Positions 7,452 to 15,798 of a stretch of DNA of 64,000 nt are shown here, piece after piece. Both the position numbers and the translations under genes were made by a program. This stretch comes from a virus. Position 1 is the first letter of the stretch. Each line of letters opens with the position of its first letter. The notes beneath the pieces were generated by a model. That model searched no databases. It saw nothing but the letters and a program-made list of their open reading frames with translations, and had not been told where the DNA came from. The DNA is taken from the IMG/VR virus record IMGVR_UViG_3300042553_000685. One strand, written 5' to 3'.

Positions 7452-7967
7452 ATGAATGGTCTACAAATGGAGAAAGTAGTGTTGCGTGTGATTGAAGAAT
7501 TAGGTTTTAAATGTCCCAAGCCCCGTGAGGTATGGGGGGAGGGTTACTTGTATAACGCCGCCCATGAGCTCGCGAATAAGCATCTAGAGCTCAACTCCCG
7601 AGGCGGTGTCCTTCGTCGTCTCGTCCCCACTGATGATTGGGGAGTCCTAGACCGGGTATACAAGGTGGACGTAATAGTCCGCCAGTATACTGGGGAATTA
7701 TGGGCTCTTCAGCTTACTACCGATGCCGAGGCGGTATATAAGAAGCTGGGCCAGCTTTATAGTACCGATAGTCTTCGTCTGGCTGTTGGCATCGCCAAGA
7801 CCTGCTTGGTGGAGATTAAACCCCCTCAGCCTACCTGGGAGGGGCTCGGCCTGACTAGCCGGGTGGACCGGGATCAAGTAGAGGAGTGCCTCTATGAAAT
7901 GTTCGAGACAGTAGAAAAGAGTGACAAGCTCTTTCACTACCAGCTAGACCTAAGCTGGTTAAAGTAA
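7452..7967 (+). CDS. hypothetical early-block protein (171 aa)
   Basis: ORF track; preceded by cassette copy 5; no motif recognised. Confidence 0.6.
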   Translation: MNGLQMEKVVLRVIEELGFKCPKPREVWGEGYLYNAAHELANKHLELNSRGGVLRRLVPTDDWGVLDRVYKVDVIVRQYTGELWALQLTTDAEAVYKKLGQLYSTDSLRLAVGIAKTCLVEIKPPQPTWEGLGLTSRVDRDQVEECLYEMFETVEKSDKLFHYQLDLSWLK

Positions 7968-8017
7968 TTTAAGAGTATAGGCAAATCCTCAGAGTAAATG
8001 GGATGCCTACGCTACCT

Positions 8018-8082
8018 GAGTGGAGTCACGGCTGTGGTTCCACTCGCTTGATTACATAGACGCTAAGTGCATCTATGTAATC
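8018..8082 (+). ncRNA. two strong hairpins in a 127-nt untranslated gap (sRNA or terminator candidate)
   Basis: GAGTGGA(8018-8024)/TCCACTC(8039-8045) and GATTACATAGA(8050-8060)/TCTATGTAATC(8072-8082), both perfect stems. Confidence 0.25.
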
Positions 8083-8094
8083 AATTAATACTCA

Positions 8095-8149
8095 GGAGGG
8101 CCCACTCCCCTTTTCTTTCTAGTGAATATTTACTCTAGGAGGTAAATCC
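8095..8149 (+). promoter_or_regulatory. terminator-promoter-RBS cassette copy 6
   Basis: GGAGggcccaCTCC, CCTTTTCTTTCTAGTGA, ATATTTACT, CTAGGAGG, ATG at 8150. Confidence 0.5.
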
Positions 8150-8299
8150 ATGTCCCCTTATCACACTTATCTTCAATTAAATCATCAAACGATTCAACTC
8201 CGGTCCGTAGATGGGCCAGCATGTCATCTAGACCTGGATGGTCACCGCTGGTATGTTCTACCAGATGGTGACTTCGAGATCATCACTCTAATAGACTAA
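8150..8299 (+). CDS. 49-aa hypothetical protein
   Basis: Hand translation MSPYHTYLQLNHQTIQLRSVDGPACHLDLDGHRWYVLPDGDFEIITLID; strong RBS; a truncated copy lies at 9133-9252. Confidence 0.55.
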   Translation: MSPYHTYLQLNHQTIQLRSVDGPACHLDLDGHRWYVLPDGDFEIITLID

Positions 8300-8306
8300 C
8301 ACTATA

Positions 8307-8361
8307 GGGGGCTATATGCTCCCCTTTTTCCTTCTGGTGAATTTTAGTCCCAGGAGGACAC
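8307..8361 (+). promoter_or_regulatory. terminator-promoter-RBS cassette copy 7
   Basis: GGGGGCtatatGCTCCCC, TTTTTCCTTCTGGTGA, ATTTTAGT, CCCAGGAGG, ATG at 8362. Confidence 0.55.
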
Positions 8362-9120
8362 ATGTACAAAATCCTAGCAACGTCAATCTACGCCGCACTA
8401 CAGGCAGCAGGCATCTACGTCCACCCAACGACGTGGGCGTTCATCTCGTACTATTTCATGGGCGGTTCCCAACCCCCAACCCTCTCTGAGGCCGACATCG
8501 CTGAGACACGCGACGCGGTAATACGAAACCTCAAGGCTCGTCTTAAGGACGAAGAAATGAGCCGCCGCTCTCTAGTTACTTTCGTGGACATAAATATAGA
8601 AAACGGTTGGTGGTCTTCTTTAAAGGGGGCCATCGGTAACTTCAACTACCGCATTTTGGCGGTAGGTCCCGACACGATTAAGGTGGAGTGTCGTGACACG
8701 TGGGACTTCAATCCCAACTCCCATTACATAGAGCTACCCTGTTCGCCTCGTTTAGCGAGTGCAATATCTTCTCTGGCTAAGAAGGTAGGTATAGAGGTCT
8801 TCTACAATAAAAATAAAAGAGAGCTAATTTTCTGTGAAAAGGATCTGGTCAAGCTCAATCCTGGTCGCGCCTTCACGACCGTGTGGAAAGTAGAGGTCCC
8901 CACAGCGGAGGTAATTCCTGAGTGGGCTACTTACTGGGAGGTGGCTACCTGGAATGAAGGTAACTATGCCTTCATTCGGCCTCTCAAGTACGTACCCTTA
9001 CCCCTCTGCCGCTACCAGCGGGGTAATGGAGTTTATGTTGGACGGGACTACCATCCCGACATCGATTACGTGTCGATGTTAGAAGCAGGTTGGGCTCCCG
9101 CTGTAGATTTACCTGAATAA
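8362..9120 (+). CDS. hypothetical early-block protein (252 aa)
   Basis: ORF track; cassette copy 7 upstream; flanked by the 49-aa gene and its truncated duplicate. Confidence 0.6.
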   Translation: MYKILATSIYAALQAAGIYVHPTTWAFISYYFMGGSQPPTLSEADIAETRDAVIRNLKARLKDEEMSRRSLVTFVDINIENGWWSSLKGAIGNFNYRILAVGPDTIKVECRDTWDFNPNSHYIELPCSPRLASAISSLAKKVGIEVFYNKNKRELIFCEKDLVKLNPGRAFTTVWKVEVPTAEVIPEWATYWEVATWNEGNYAFIRPLKYVPLPLCRYQRGNGVYVGRDYHPDIDYVSMLEAGWAPAVDLPE

Positions 9121-9132
9121 TTAAACATTTAT

Positions 9133-9252
9133 TCTAGGAGGTAAATTCAGCATCGGTCTGTAAATGGGCCGGCATGTCATCTAGACCTCAATGGTCATCG
9201 CTGGTATGTTGCACCAGATGGTGATTTGGAGATTATTACTCTAATAGGGTAA
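9133..9252 (+). pseudogene. 5'-truncated duplicate of the 8150..8299 gene
   Basis: Keeps CTAGGAGGTAAAT, then lacks ~55 nt including the ATG. 9152-9252 is ~85% identical to 8201-8299 and encodes ..VNGPACHLDLNGHRWYVAPDGDLEIITLIG. Confidence 0.6.
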
Positions 9253-9366
9253 TGCTATGGGCCCGTCTCTACTTCTTATTCAAGATAGAGGCGGGCCCCT
9301 CGTCTCTAAATGATAGCGCCTTAAAAAGAAGAGGAATGAAGTTCAGCACCTGAGTTCGTTAAGTAC

Positions 9367-9419
9367 GCCAGCAATTGGCCCCTTTTCTTTTAGTAGTCCT
9401 ATACACCCAAGTATACACA
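9367..9419 (+). promoter_or_regulatory. cassette copy 8 (degenerate, no SD)
   Basis: GCCAgcaaTTGGC, CCCTTTTCTTTTAGTAG, then 25 nt to ATG at 9420. Confidence 0.4.
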
Positions 9420-10157
9420 ATGAGAAACAACAACAACAACGACAACCAGGCCTCTAATCAAGCCTCTAACCAAGCCTCTAACTCCAAAAGCTACGTATTT
9501 ACCCTTAACGTAAGTCGCACTGCCAGCACTAAGTCTGGCGTTCTTGCTTACGTGCACAATGGTGCTATCAAGCGCCGCCTGGATGGGTCTAGCTACTGGC
9601 TGGAGTTCCGGCTGATATCCATTAAGAACGGGGAGGTACCTCTCACTACCTCCGATGGTCGTAGTTTATGTACGTCCGAGTTTGTAAAGCTTCTCTCTGG
9701 AGACGCTAGCGATGACGTGATAATGTCTGTAGAGTTATCTACAGATTTCGAAGACGGGTGGGATAGCTCGTGGGGATGTGTAAAAGTTAGCTTCAACGCA
9801 GAAGACCTCCGCGTTGGGCGCGAAACAGAGTACAAGGGCACAATAACCCAGTACCTTCACCTTGAAGGTGCGGAAATCCAACTTCATCGGGAAGTTGTCC
9901 GTCCGAAAATAGACCCGTCTATACTAGATGGGTTTGAAAGTATCGCAAAGCCTAACGTAGTAACTGCGGAACAGTTACATAGTAAAGCGGCCGCCCGCAA
10001 ACGCAAACGGGAGGCTGCTAAGGCTGCACGAGATGCTGCAGCAATAGTATCTAAGCCAGGTACTGTTGTTGAGTCAGTAGTAGCGTCTAATGATACTGAT
10101 ACTGATTGGGAAGTGCCGGCTGCCCTATCCGTCGACATCGACTATATACTTGACTAA
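9420..10157 (+). CDS. hypothetical protein with N-terminal Asn/Gln-Ala-Ser repeats and basic-then-acidic C-terminus (245 aa)
   Basis: Start set at ATG 9420 just after cassette; MRNNNNNDNQASNQASNQASN; C-terminal ARKRKREAAKAARDAAA then acidic tail. Confidence 0.6.
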   Translation: MRNNNNNDNQASNQASNQASNSKSYVFTLNVSRTASTKSGVLAYVHNGAIKRRLDGSSYWLEFRLISIKNGEVPLTTSDGRSLCTSEFVKLLSGDASDDVIMSVELSTDFEDGWDSSWGCVKVSFNAEDLRVGRETEYKGTITQYLHLEGAEIQLHREVVRPKIDPSILDGFESIAKPNVVTAEQLHSKAAARKRKREAAKAARDAAAIVSKPGTVVESVVASNDTDTDWEVPAALSVDIDYILD

Positions 10158-10162
10158 TAAAA

Positions 10163-10215
10163 GGGGCCCTGCTTGGGCCCCTTTTTCCTTTAGTGGCTAT
10201 ATATTACCACTAACC
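10163..10215 (+). promoter_or_regulatory. cassette copy 9
   Basis: GGGGCCCtgcttGGGCCCC hairpin, TTTTTCCTTTAGTGG, CTATATATT, ATG at 10216. Confidence 0.5.
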
Positions 10216-13200
10216 ATGAATACCATCAACTCTATCGTCTTCCAATCCAATGTTCTCGTAGCCTCTATCGGCGCCGTTATCGCAAACACTCGTGTTACTA
10301 CACGACGTGTAGGCCCTGGTCGCCGTGCTCAGCAGATAGCAAGCCGCCGCGCTAATCGCGTAGTACGCCGTCGCTCTCGTCGTATTGCGTCGGCTGGTCG
10401 TCCTATCCGCTCCTTACCTCAAAGCCAACGCCCCTGCGTTGTAAAATCGGCACGACGTACGCTACGTCGTGCCGCAGCTGCCACAGTCTTAGCCGCTCGC
10501 AAACCCGTGTTACGTAACCGTAACGTCGTAGACAAACTTATCTTACGACAACGTAAGGCCAAACCTATAATGCGCGCTGTCAGCGCAGTATTTGCGCGTC
10601 CCTCGCGTCCTACTAACACCGGCACCGGCACTAAAGCCGTTGCTACCGTAGTTAATAATGCTGCTGGTAGTATTATCGCTGCCCTCGACCAAGGGCGCCT
10701 AAACTATCGTGGCAACGGCCGCACATGTGTGGGCAAGAAGTACAAAACTAAAAACGCTAAAGCCGTTTTAGCGATAGCTAAAGCTGCTAAAGCTACTGAT
10801 AAAGCAGCACGCGTTAAACGCTGTATGAGCGTTGTAGTACCAGAATTACCAAGTGATGTACTGGCTTGCCGCATGAGAGTCGTAGGCAAACTATGCGGTG
10901 TGACCTTTGTACAAGGGGACATAGCGTCTTATTGTGACAATGTCGTTACTATACCTTCATTCGAAGATATATACGCGATAACTCACGAGCTTGTCCACCA
11001 CTGCCAAGCTCTAGGTCTTACTGAAGACCTAGATATAGCTCTGGTGTCTGAGGCCGCTATTGGCGCGGGCTCGGCTCAATGGCATGACACTAAATCGTTC
11101 TACGAAGGTACTGAGCATGAGAATGATGAATACGAAGCAGCTCTGCTTATGTACGACCCGGCGTTAGTGGCCCGCCTCTTATGCACTCACTACCTCATGA
11201 CCGCGTTTGTAGAAAGCGGGGCACCTGGTCCTGATGATACATGGATGGATGTGGTAGATAGTTTAGATCCTGCGATTTGTCGTGAAGTCGTAGGTCTCGA
11301 TGATCGCGTACTCGATTATAAAACCTATGGCGAATATGCTGAAGCCGTTGGATATGATGACACTAATACGTTATTAGACTGGGAATTTGTCTTTAACAAT
11401 AGTGTCAACAACGATAATGCTGTTGCGCTAACCATTCAAGCAATTGATGGTCTTATTGGTGCGGCGCCCGCAGCAGTAACTCCTACCCACCCGCTCTCTA
11501 ACATAGGAGCCCCTACTAAGGGGTTAGAGAGTGATAGCTCCTCTAACAATACCACCAACACTAGCACTACCATGAAGAGCATTATCGAGATGTTAATTCC
11601 TGACCCTAGTACTCTCGGTGGAGCCGTGTCTCCTAAGCAGGAGGCGCGCATTACGGGAGCTCGTAAAGAGTTAACCCGCTTGTTTGGGGCTAATAACTTC
11701 GACCTTCTGCCTGAAGGTCCGATTCTCTATGTCGTATCTGGTTACAACCGTATGTGTAAGAAGTTCCTTGCGCTTCTAGACCATCGGGTTGTTTACACCA
11801 CGGATTCTAAAATGAATCCTAAGGTCATTAACTTAGGTGTAACTAAGTCTATTCCCTATGAAGACGACAAGCATACCTATACTACTAAGACCGAATGCTT
11901 AGTTAGCATGTATAGTGAGCACTTCCTCACTAAATTAGCCACGTGGTCTGGTGATGACCTGGCCGCTCTTGTAGGCTGCCTGTGTATTAAACAACACCGT
12001 ATTGTTAGTGTTGAGGGCCCCTGTGTTGTCATCAAGGGTAATAACCGTAACACTACTTTCAACTTTAGTACAGGTACCGTCAATGACGGCCGTCAGAGTC
12101 GCATCGCTAATGAGCTAGTTAAAGTAGGAGGCAAAGACTACAGTGGTCGTGTAGCCCTTGTAGCGCTCTGTATGAAGGTAGTGTATAACGCTACTGGTGC
12201 GCGTGCTATCCTCAATGAGGTAACTAACCTATGGCGCGAGGACATCAACTACGGCGCTCAGCCTAAAGAGGGTCAATCTCTATTTGAGATTAATCGCTGT
12301 ATGTCCCGTCCTGTTGTTTTCAAGCCTTGGGATAAGGCCTTCCCGTTCCTGCAAGTGGAGAACGTTGGCCTCGCACCCAGCGATCTTGAATTGTCGCTCA
12401 AAGCCGGTGTCATAGCAGCACCTGATAAATACAATTCAAAATGGATCGCTGTAGGTAAGGGTGCCAAGGCCATGTTCCTCGGACTTAAGGATAGTAAGAT
12501 ATACTCCATCCATGACTTCAGCAAGCCCACTAAGGTATACAACCGTCCACCTAGCTCGGGTAAATACACCCGTGCTGAGGTGGTAGGTCGTCATGATAGC
12601 CTACTTCGCGTTGATTTAGGTGATGGTAGCTATAGTTGTGGTGGTGGCCTCTATCTACGCACCGCATTCACCAATAGCCGCTTTGGCTTTGGCAGTGGTG
12701 TTGCTGCTATACGCCGCGACCTTGAGTTCGAATACACCGTACCGAAGACCATTACTAAGGAGTTTCACGTACTCCGTATTCCTAGCGAAGTCCGCGCTCT
12801 TATGGCTGCTGATCTAGATGACCCTATGAGTAAACTCATGGAAGTCATCGAAGGCAAAATAGAGAAGGCAAAGGGGCAGGTCTATGCTCCTGGTAACCCT
12901 ATCATTAGCATTATGCGGGGCAAGTACTGCATAGTGAAGAACGAGACATTCGCGCAGGACATCCGCGTAATAGGCGGGACTGTCACGCGTAATGGCGTCG
13001 AGGGCCGCGCTGATAGCGTCACTATTCGACTTGAGACTGAGATGGTAGGGCGCGACCAAGCCCTCAAACTCCGCGGTCTAGGTAAGAAGCTTACCACTCT
13101 TCCCTATGACGTTGAGGGACTATCTCAACCCTGGGATATCATCCTAAATAACGAGACCACCAAGGGATGGCCCGCGCTCATAGAGATGTTCGCCATTGAG

Positions 13201-15297
13201 AAGAGAGGCTGCACCTATACTCCTGAGGGTGCGCTTCTCACCATCGATGCTACTGGTGAAGTTATTGATCTTATGACTAAGAGTAATACCTTTACTGAGT
13301 GGGCTCGAGCCAACAGTGTTAAAGAGGTCATCTCTTTTAATATGGCCCGCGACCTGTGGGATTCCATCTCCTCCGTAGTAACTAACGATGACATCAAGGT
13401 AATCGACATCGACGATACCAGCGTCCGTATCGAAGAAACAGTAGAGGTTATATACGGCTATCTGCCGTATGATATCGAGATAGCCACTCCTCGTGAGTCC
13501 GTAGCATTCTCCAAAATGACTATGGAACAGGTGGGTATTGTGGCTCTACAGAACCGCTCTTGGGGCGAAGCACTCATGGAGGAGGTTAAGTACGATAACG
13601 TCATGTCCATAGTTAGTATGATCACGTCTAAAAACTGTGCTGCTCACATTAACATCAGCACTACTGAGGGGCGTGACCATCTACGGAACATTATCGGCGT
13701 AGTTAACAACTACGTTTCTGATAGCACCCCCGGCAGTGACCGCAAACTGCTAGAGCGTTTTGCTACCATCTATCCAGATGGAGTGGATATCGTTGCCCAG
13801 AATAACGGTAATGAGGTCTCTCTTCATATCAATGGTAAGGCCCTAAGCGCGTTCGGTACCTTCTCTGGCGCCTCCGCTACTGGTATTATGCTAGACCTCT
13901 TGACACTGTTGGCCTACGTTACTGATGTAGGAATTGAAGACCAAAGCGGTTTGGATAGTAAAATCTACTCCATGACCGCTAAGGTCAGCCGCGGTTTACG
14001 CACATGGTGTAACACCATGGTTAAATCCAAAAGCATTCTGAAAAGTATGGCCCGCGCTGGCGATGTGGTCGTTGGTAAGGTCAAGACCAGCTATAGCCCC
14101 TTGCTCCATAGCTCTGATGGCGTGCCTGTAATTCTCATGCACCCCGATTGCCCTATGGTGCGTATGCTTGGCATCGAAGAAGGTCAGGTTATTGGGATAC
14201 AACGGACTCCTATGGGCTTCGTCCTATGCGGCCGCGTTAAGTTCTCTGCTACTGATGCCTTTATCGCACACTACACAATCAACCCTCTCCTATGGCACGC
14301 CGTTAACGAAGGCGATGCTGATGGTGACCAGTGCGGCGGCATTAATGCTCACAAGTATAGCATCGATGCTGAGAGTGCCCTCACTATCAATGCTAGTCTC
14401 ATGGGCATGGGCGGCTACTTCTACTGCTACGAAGCAGATGACCTGCCGTTCTTCGCCTTCATGAGTTATGAAGATAAGATGGGCAAGAAATCCCTCACTA
14501 AGTGGGATAAGCCTGTAGCTACTGCTATCGCTGTTGATAAGTATGTAAGCGATGCTGCTGAAGTGCACACGCATTATAAAGTAGCCGTAGGTGTCGGCTA
14601 CGGCATCTGCTCCGCACTTGCCTTCCAGACCTGGGATAGTATGTACCGCGCTAGCGGCGTCGATACCGACGCACTTAAAGCATGTGTTATCGCTTGGCGT
14701 TTCGTTTATGAAAGCATGGGTCTCGGGGGCTATACCCCTGAGGCTAAGATCTTCATGGCTACCTTAGTGCAAGCAGCTCGCGCCTGGGCTGCTGGCGTAT
14801 CTATGTATAAGTCGTTGCAAGACGGGTTATACTACTCTGCCAACTCCACTAAGCTTGCGGATACGGATCGCCAGGGAGGTAGTGTACCTCCTGCTCGGGT
14901 TATGGCTAACCTTATGCCTGCTAAACTAGCTAAGGAGCCCGCGGTAATCTACCATCTTATAAAGGCCCGCGCCCGTACTCTCACATACGGCGCTCTCGAA
15001 CGGGGCAACTTCGCTCGCAAGAGCCTTATCATGTCATCTGCCATATACGGAGCCTTCCGTCGTACTGGCCAGGGTCATGATCCTGTGGTTCCTATGACTC
15101 AGGATGACGCGGCCAGTTATGGCGCTGATGATATCGTCCCCGTTAGTGTGTTCGACATGGTAAGTGAGTTCCAACTCTCTAACTATGTCAAGAACCCTCA
15201 ACTCAAGCAGCTGTTGGAAATCGCAACTGCTGTACATCTCGATCTCGGTGACTACAAACTAGAACTCGCTGAAGCTGAAGATCATCCTGATTTCTAA
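10216..15297 (+). CDS. giant protein (1,693 aa): candidate single-polypeptide two-barrel (beta/beta-prime-like) RNA polymerase with Arg-rich N-terminus
   Basis: Uninterrupted 5-kb ORF. LKLRGLGKKLTTLPYDVEGLSQPWDIILNNE (13064-13155) resembles the beta motif K..GRHGNKG..MPYDENGTPVDIVLNP. QRTPMGF...INPLLWHAVNEGDADGDQCGGINAH (14200-14350) resembles beta-prime NRAPTLH...[20 protein letters not shown]. HELVH lies at 10984-10998. The first ~130 aa are extremely R/A-rich. Start moved to the ATG at 10216 after the cassette. Confidence 0.6.
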   Translation: MNTINSIVFQSNVLVASIGAVIANTRVTTRRVGPGRRAQQIASRRANRVVRRRSRRIASAGRPIRSLPQSQRPCVVKSARRTLRRAAAATVLAARKPVLRNRNVVDKLILRQRKAKPIMRAVSAVFARPSRPTNTGTGTKAVATVVNNAAGSIIAALDQGRLNYRGNGRTCVGKKYKTKNAKAVLAIAKAAKATDKAARVKRCMSVVVPELPSDVLACRMRVVGKLCGVTFVQGDIASYCDNVVTIPSFEDIYAITHELVHHCQALGLTEDLDIALVSEAAIGAGSAQWHDTKSFYEGTEHENDEYEAALLMYDPALVARLLCTHYLMTAFVESGAPGPDDTWMDVVDSLDPAICREVVGLDDRVLDYKTYGEYAEAVGYDDTNTLLDWEFVFNNSVNNDNAVALTIQAIDGLIGAAPAAVTPTHPLSNIGAPTKGLESDSSSNNTTNTSTTMKSIIEMLIPDPSTLGGAVSPKQEARITGARKELTRLFGANNFDLLPEGPILYVVSGYNRMCKKFLALLDHRVVYTTDSKMNPKVINLGVTKSIPYEDDKHTYTTKTECLVSMYSEHFLTKLATWSGDDLAALVGCLCIKQHRIVSVEGPCVVIKGNNRNTTFNFSTGTVNDGRQSRIANELVKVGGKDYSGRVALVALCMKVVYNATGARAILNEVTNLWREDINYGAQPKEGQSLFEINRCMSRPVVFKPWDKAFPFLQVENVGLAPSDLELSLKAGVIAAPDKYNSKWIAVGKGAKAMFLGLKDSKIYSIHDFSKPTKVYNRPPSSGKYTRAEVVGRHDSLLRVDLGDGSYSCGGGLYLRTAFTNSRFGFGSGVAAIRRDLEFEYTVPKTITKEFHVLRIPSEVRALMAADLDDPMSKLMEVIEGKIEKAKGQVYAPGNPIISIMRGKYCIVKNETFAQDIRVIGGTVTRNGVEGRADSVTIRLETEMVGRDQALKLRGLGKKLTTLPYDVEGLSQPWDIILNNETTKGWPALIEMFAIEKRGCTYTPEGALLTIDATGEVIDLMTKSNTFTEWARANSVKEVISFNMARDLWDSISSVVTNDDIKVIDIDDTSVRIEETVEVIYGYLPYDIEIATPRESVAFSKMTMEQVGIVALQNRSWGEALMEEVKYDNVMSIVSMITSKNCAAHINISTTEGRDHLRNIIGVVNNYVSDSTPGSDRKLLERFATIYPDGVDIVAQNNGNEVSLHINGKALSAFGTFSGASATGIMLDLLTLLAYVTDVGIEDQSGLDSKIYSMTAKVSRGLRTWCNTMVKSKSILKSMARAGDVVVGKVKTSYSPLLHSSDGVPVILMHPDCPMVRMLGIEEGQVIGIQRTPMGFVLCGRVKFSATDAFIAHYTINPLLWHAVNEGDADGDQCGGINAHKYSIDAESALTINASLMGMGGYFYCYEADDLPFFAFMSYEDKMGKKSLTKWDKPVATAIAVDKYVSDAAEVHTHYKVAVGVGYGICSALAFQTWDSMYRASGVDTDALKACVIAWRFVYESMGLGGYTPEAKIFMATLVQAARAWAAGVSMYKSLQDGLYYSANSTKLADTDRQGGSVPPARVMANLMPAKLAKEPAVIYHLIKARARTLTYGALERGNFARKSLIMSSAIYGAFRRTGQGHDPVVPMTQDDAASYGADDIVPVSVFDMVSEFQLSNYVKNPQLKQLLEIATAVHLDLGDYKLELAEAEDHPDF

Positions 15298-15304
15298 TTA
15301 CAAT

Positions 15305-15370
15305 GGGGTCATATGACCCCTGGGGCCACCTGGCCCCTTTTTCTTTTAGTGGAGCTCTTTACTCCATATG
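15305..15370 (+). promoter_or_regulatory. cassette copy 10, not followed by a protein gene
   Basis: Tandem hairpins GGGGTCatatGACCCC and GGGGCCacctGGCCCC, then TTTTTCTTTTAGTGG; only a 9-codon ORF follows. Confidence 0.5.
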
Positions 15371-15798
15371 ATAGGTAGTATCTGGTATTGCCCATGACAG
15401 CGAATGTTACTAGCGGCGGCTTATGCTCGTGACGGCGAATTCTATTAGCGGTGGCAATAAACTATCTGTTGGGTACTCCCTAAGCACCCAGCAAGAGCTG
15501 CGTTAGTTTCATTAGCCACTCCCTTTCAGAAGAGCTATTGTCGCGATAGCTACCATAGCTATATTAGCCACTCCCCAACGGAGGAGCTTATGGTACTCGA
15601 GCTGCGAAAGTAGCCAGTGCCACTCCCCAACAGAGGGGCTTGTGTCGCACTAGTCGTGATAACTACTATAGCTGCACTAGCTGCTCTAGCCACTCCGTTG
15701 GGGAGGGCCTATGGTACTCGAGCTGCGAAAGTAGTCGATACCACTCCCCAACGGAGGGATATAACCTCTAATTACTCATTATTACCTATTAGCTAGCC
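15371..15798 (+). repeat. non-coding hairpin-repeat region (candidate structured RNA or iteron origin)
   Basis: Five CCACTCC-N5-GGAGG-type modules start at 15516, 15568, 15620, 15690 and 15741. A 25-nt repeat tatggtactcgagctgcgaaagtag occurs at 15589 and 15710, each holding a GCUGC-GAAA-GUAGC hairpin. A 26-nt repeat occurs at 15395 and 15430. No ORF. Confidence 0.7.

Noticed and set aside
9420-9490. AAC-rich stretch (aacaacaacaacaacgacaac...) as a candidate DGR template repeat
   Set aside because: It has no similarity to the GGSW/CRSA/GFRVV scaffold of the FGE gene tails. It is simply an Asn/Gln-rich N-terminus.
10090-10215. 42-codon upstream extension of the giant ORF
   Set aside because: It covers the previous gene's end and the terminator-promoter cassette. 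The ATG at 10216 follows the cassette, as in the other nine copies.
15090-15140. SYGADDIVPV in the giant protein as a possible reverse-transcriptase YxDD motif (relevant to the DGR idea)
   Set aside because: It has an extra residue (YGADD), no other RT motifs surround it, and it lies in the C-terminal tail of the RNAP-like protein.
10419-15237. Many 60-100-aa antisense or out-of-frame ORFs inside the giant gene (for example 10419..10631, 12273..12569, 14168..14464, 14290..14574)
   Set aside because: All are nested in one uninterrupted 5-kb frame with the conserved motifs. They have low-complexity translations and no RBS.
15505-15790. Regularly spaced ~22-nt repeats that superficially resemble a CRISPR array
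   Set aside because: The period is only ~51 nt. The repeats are degenerate and one has an inverted loop. The second and fourth 'spacers' are the same sequence, and no cas genes are nearby. The region is better explained as structured RNA or iterons.
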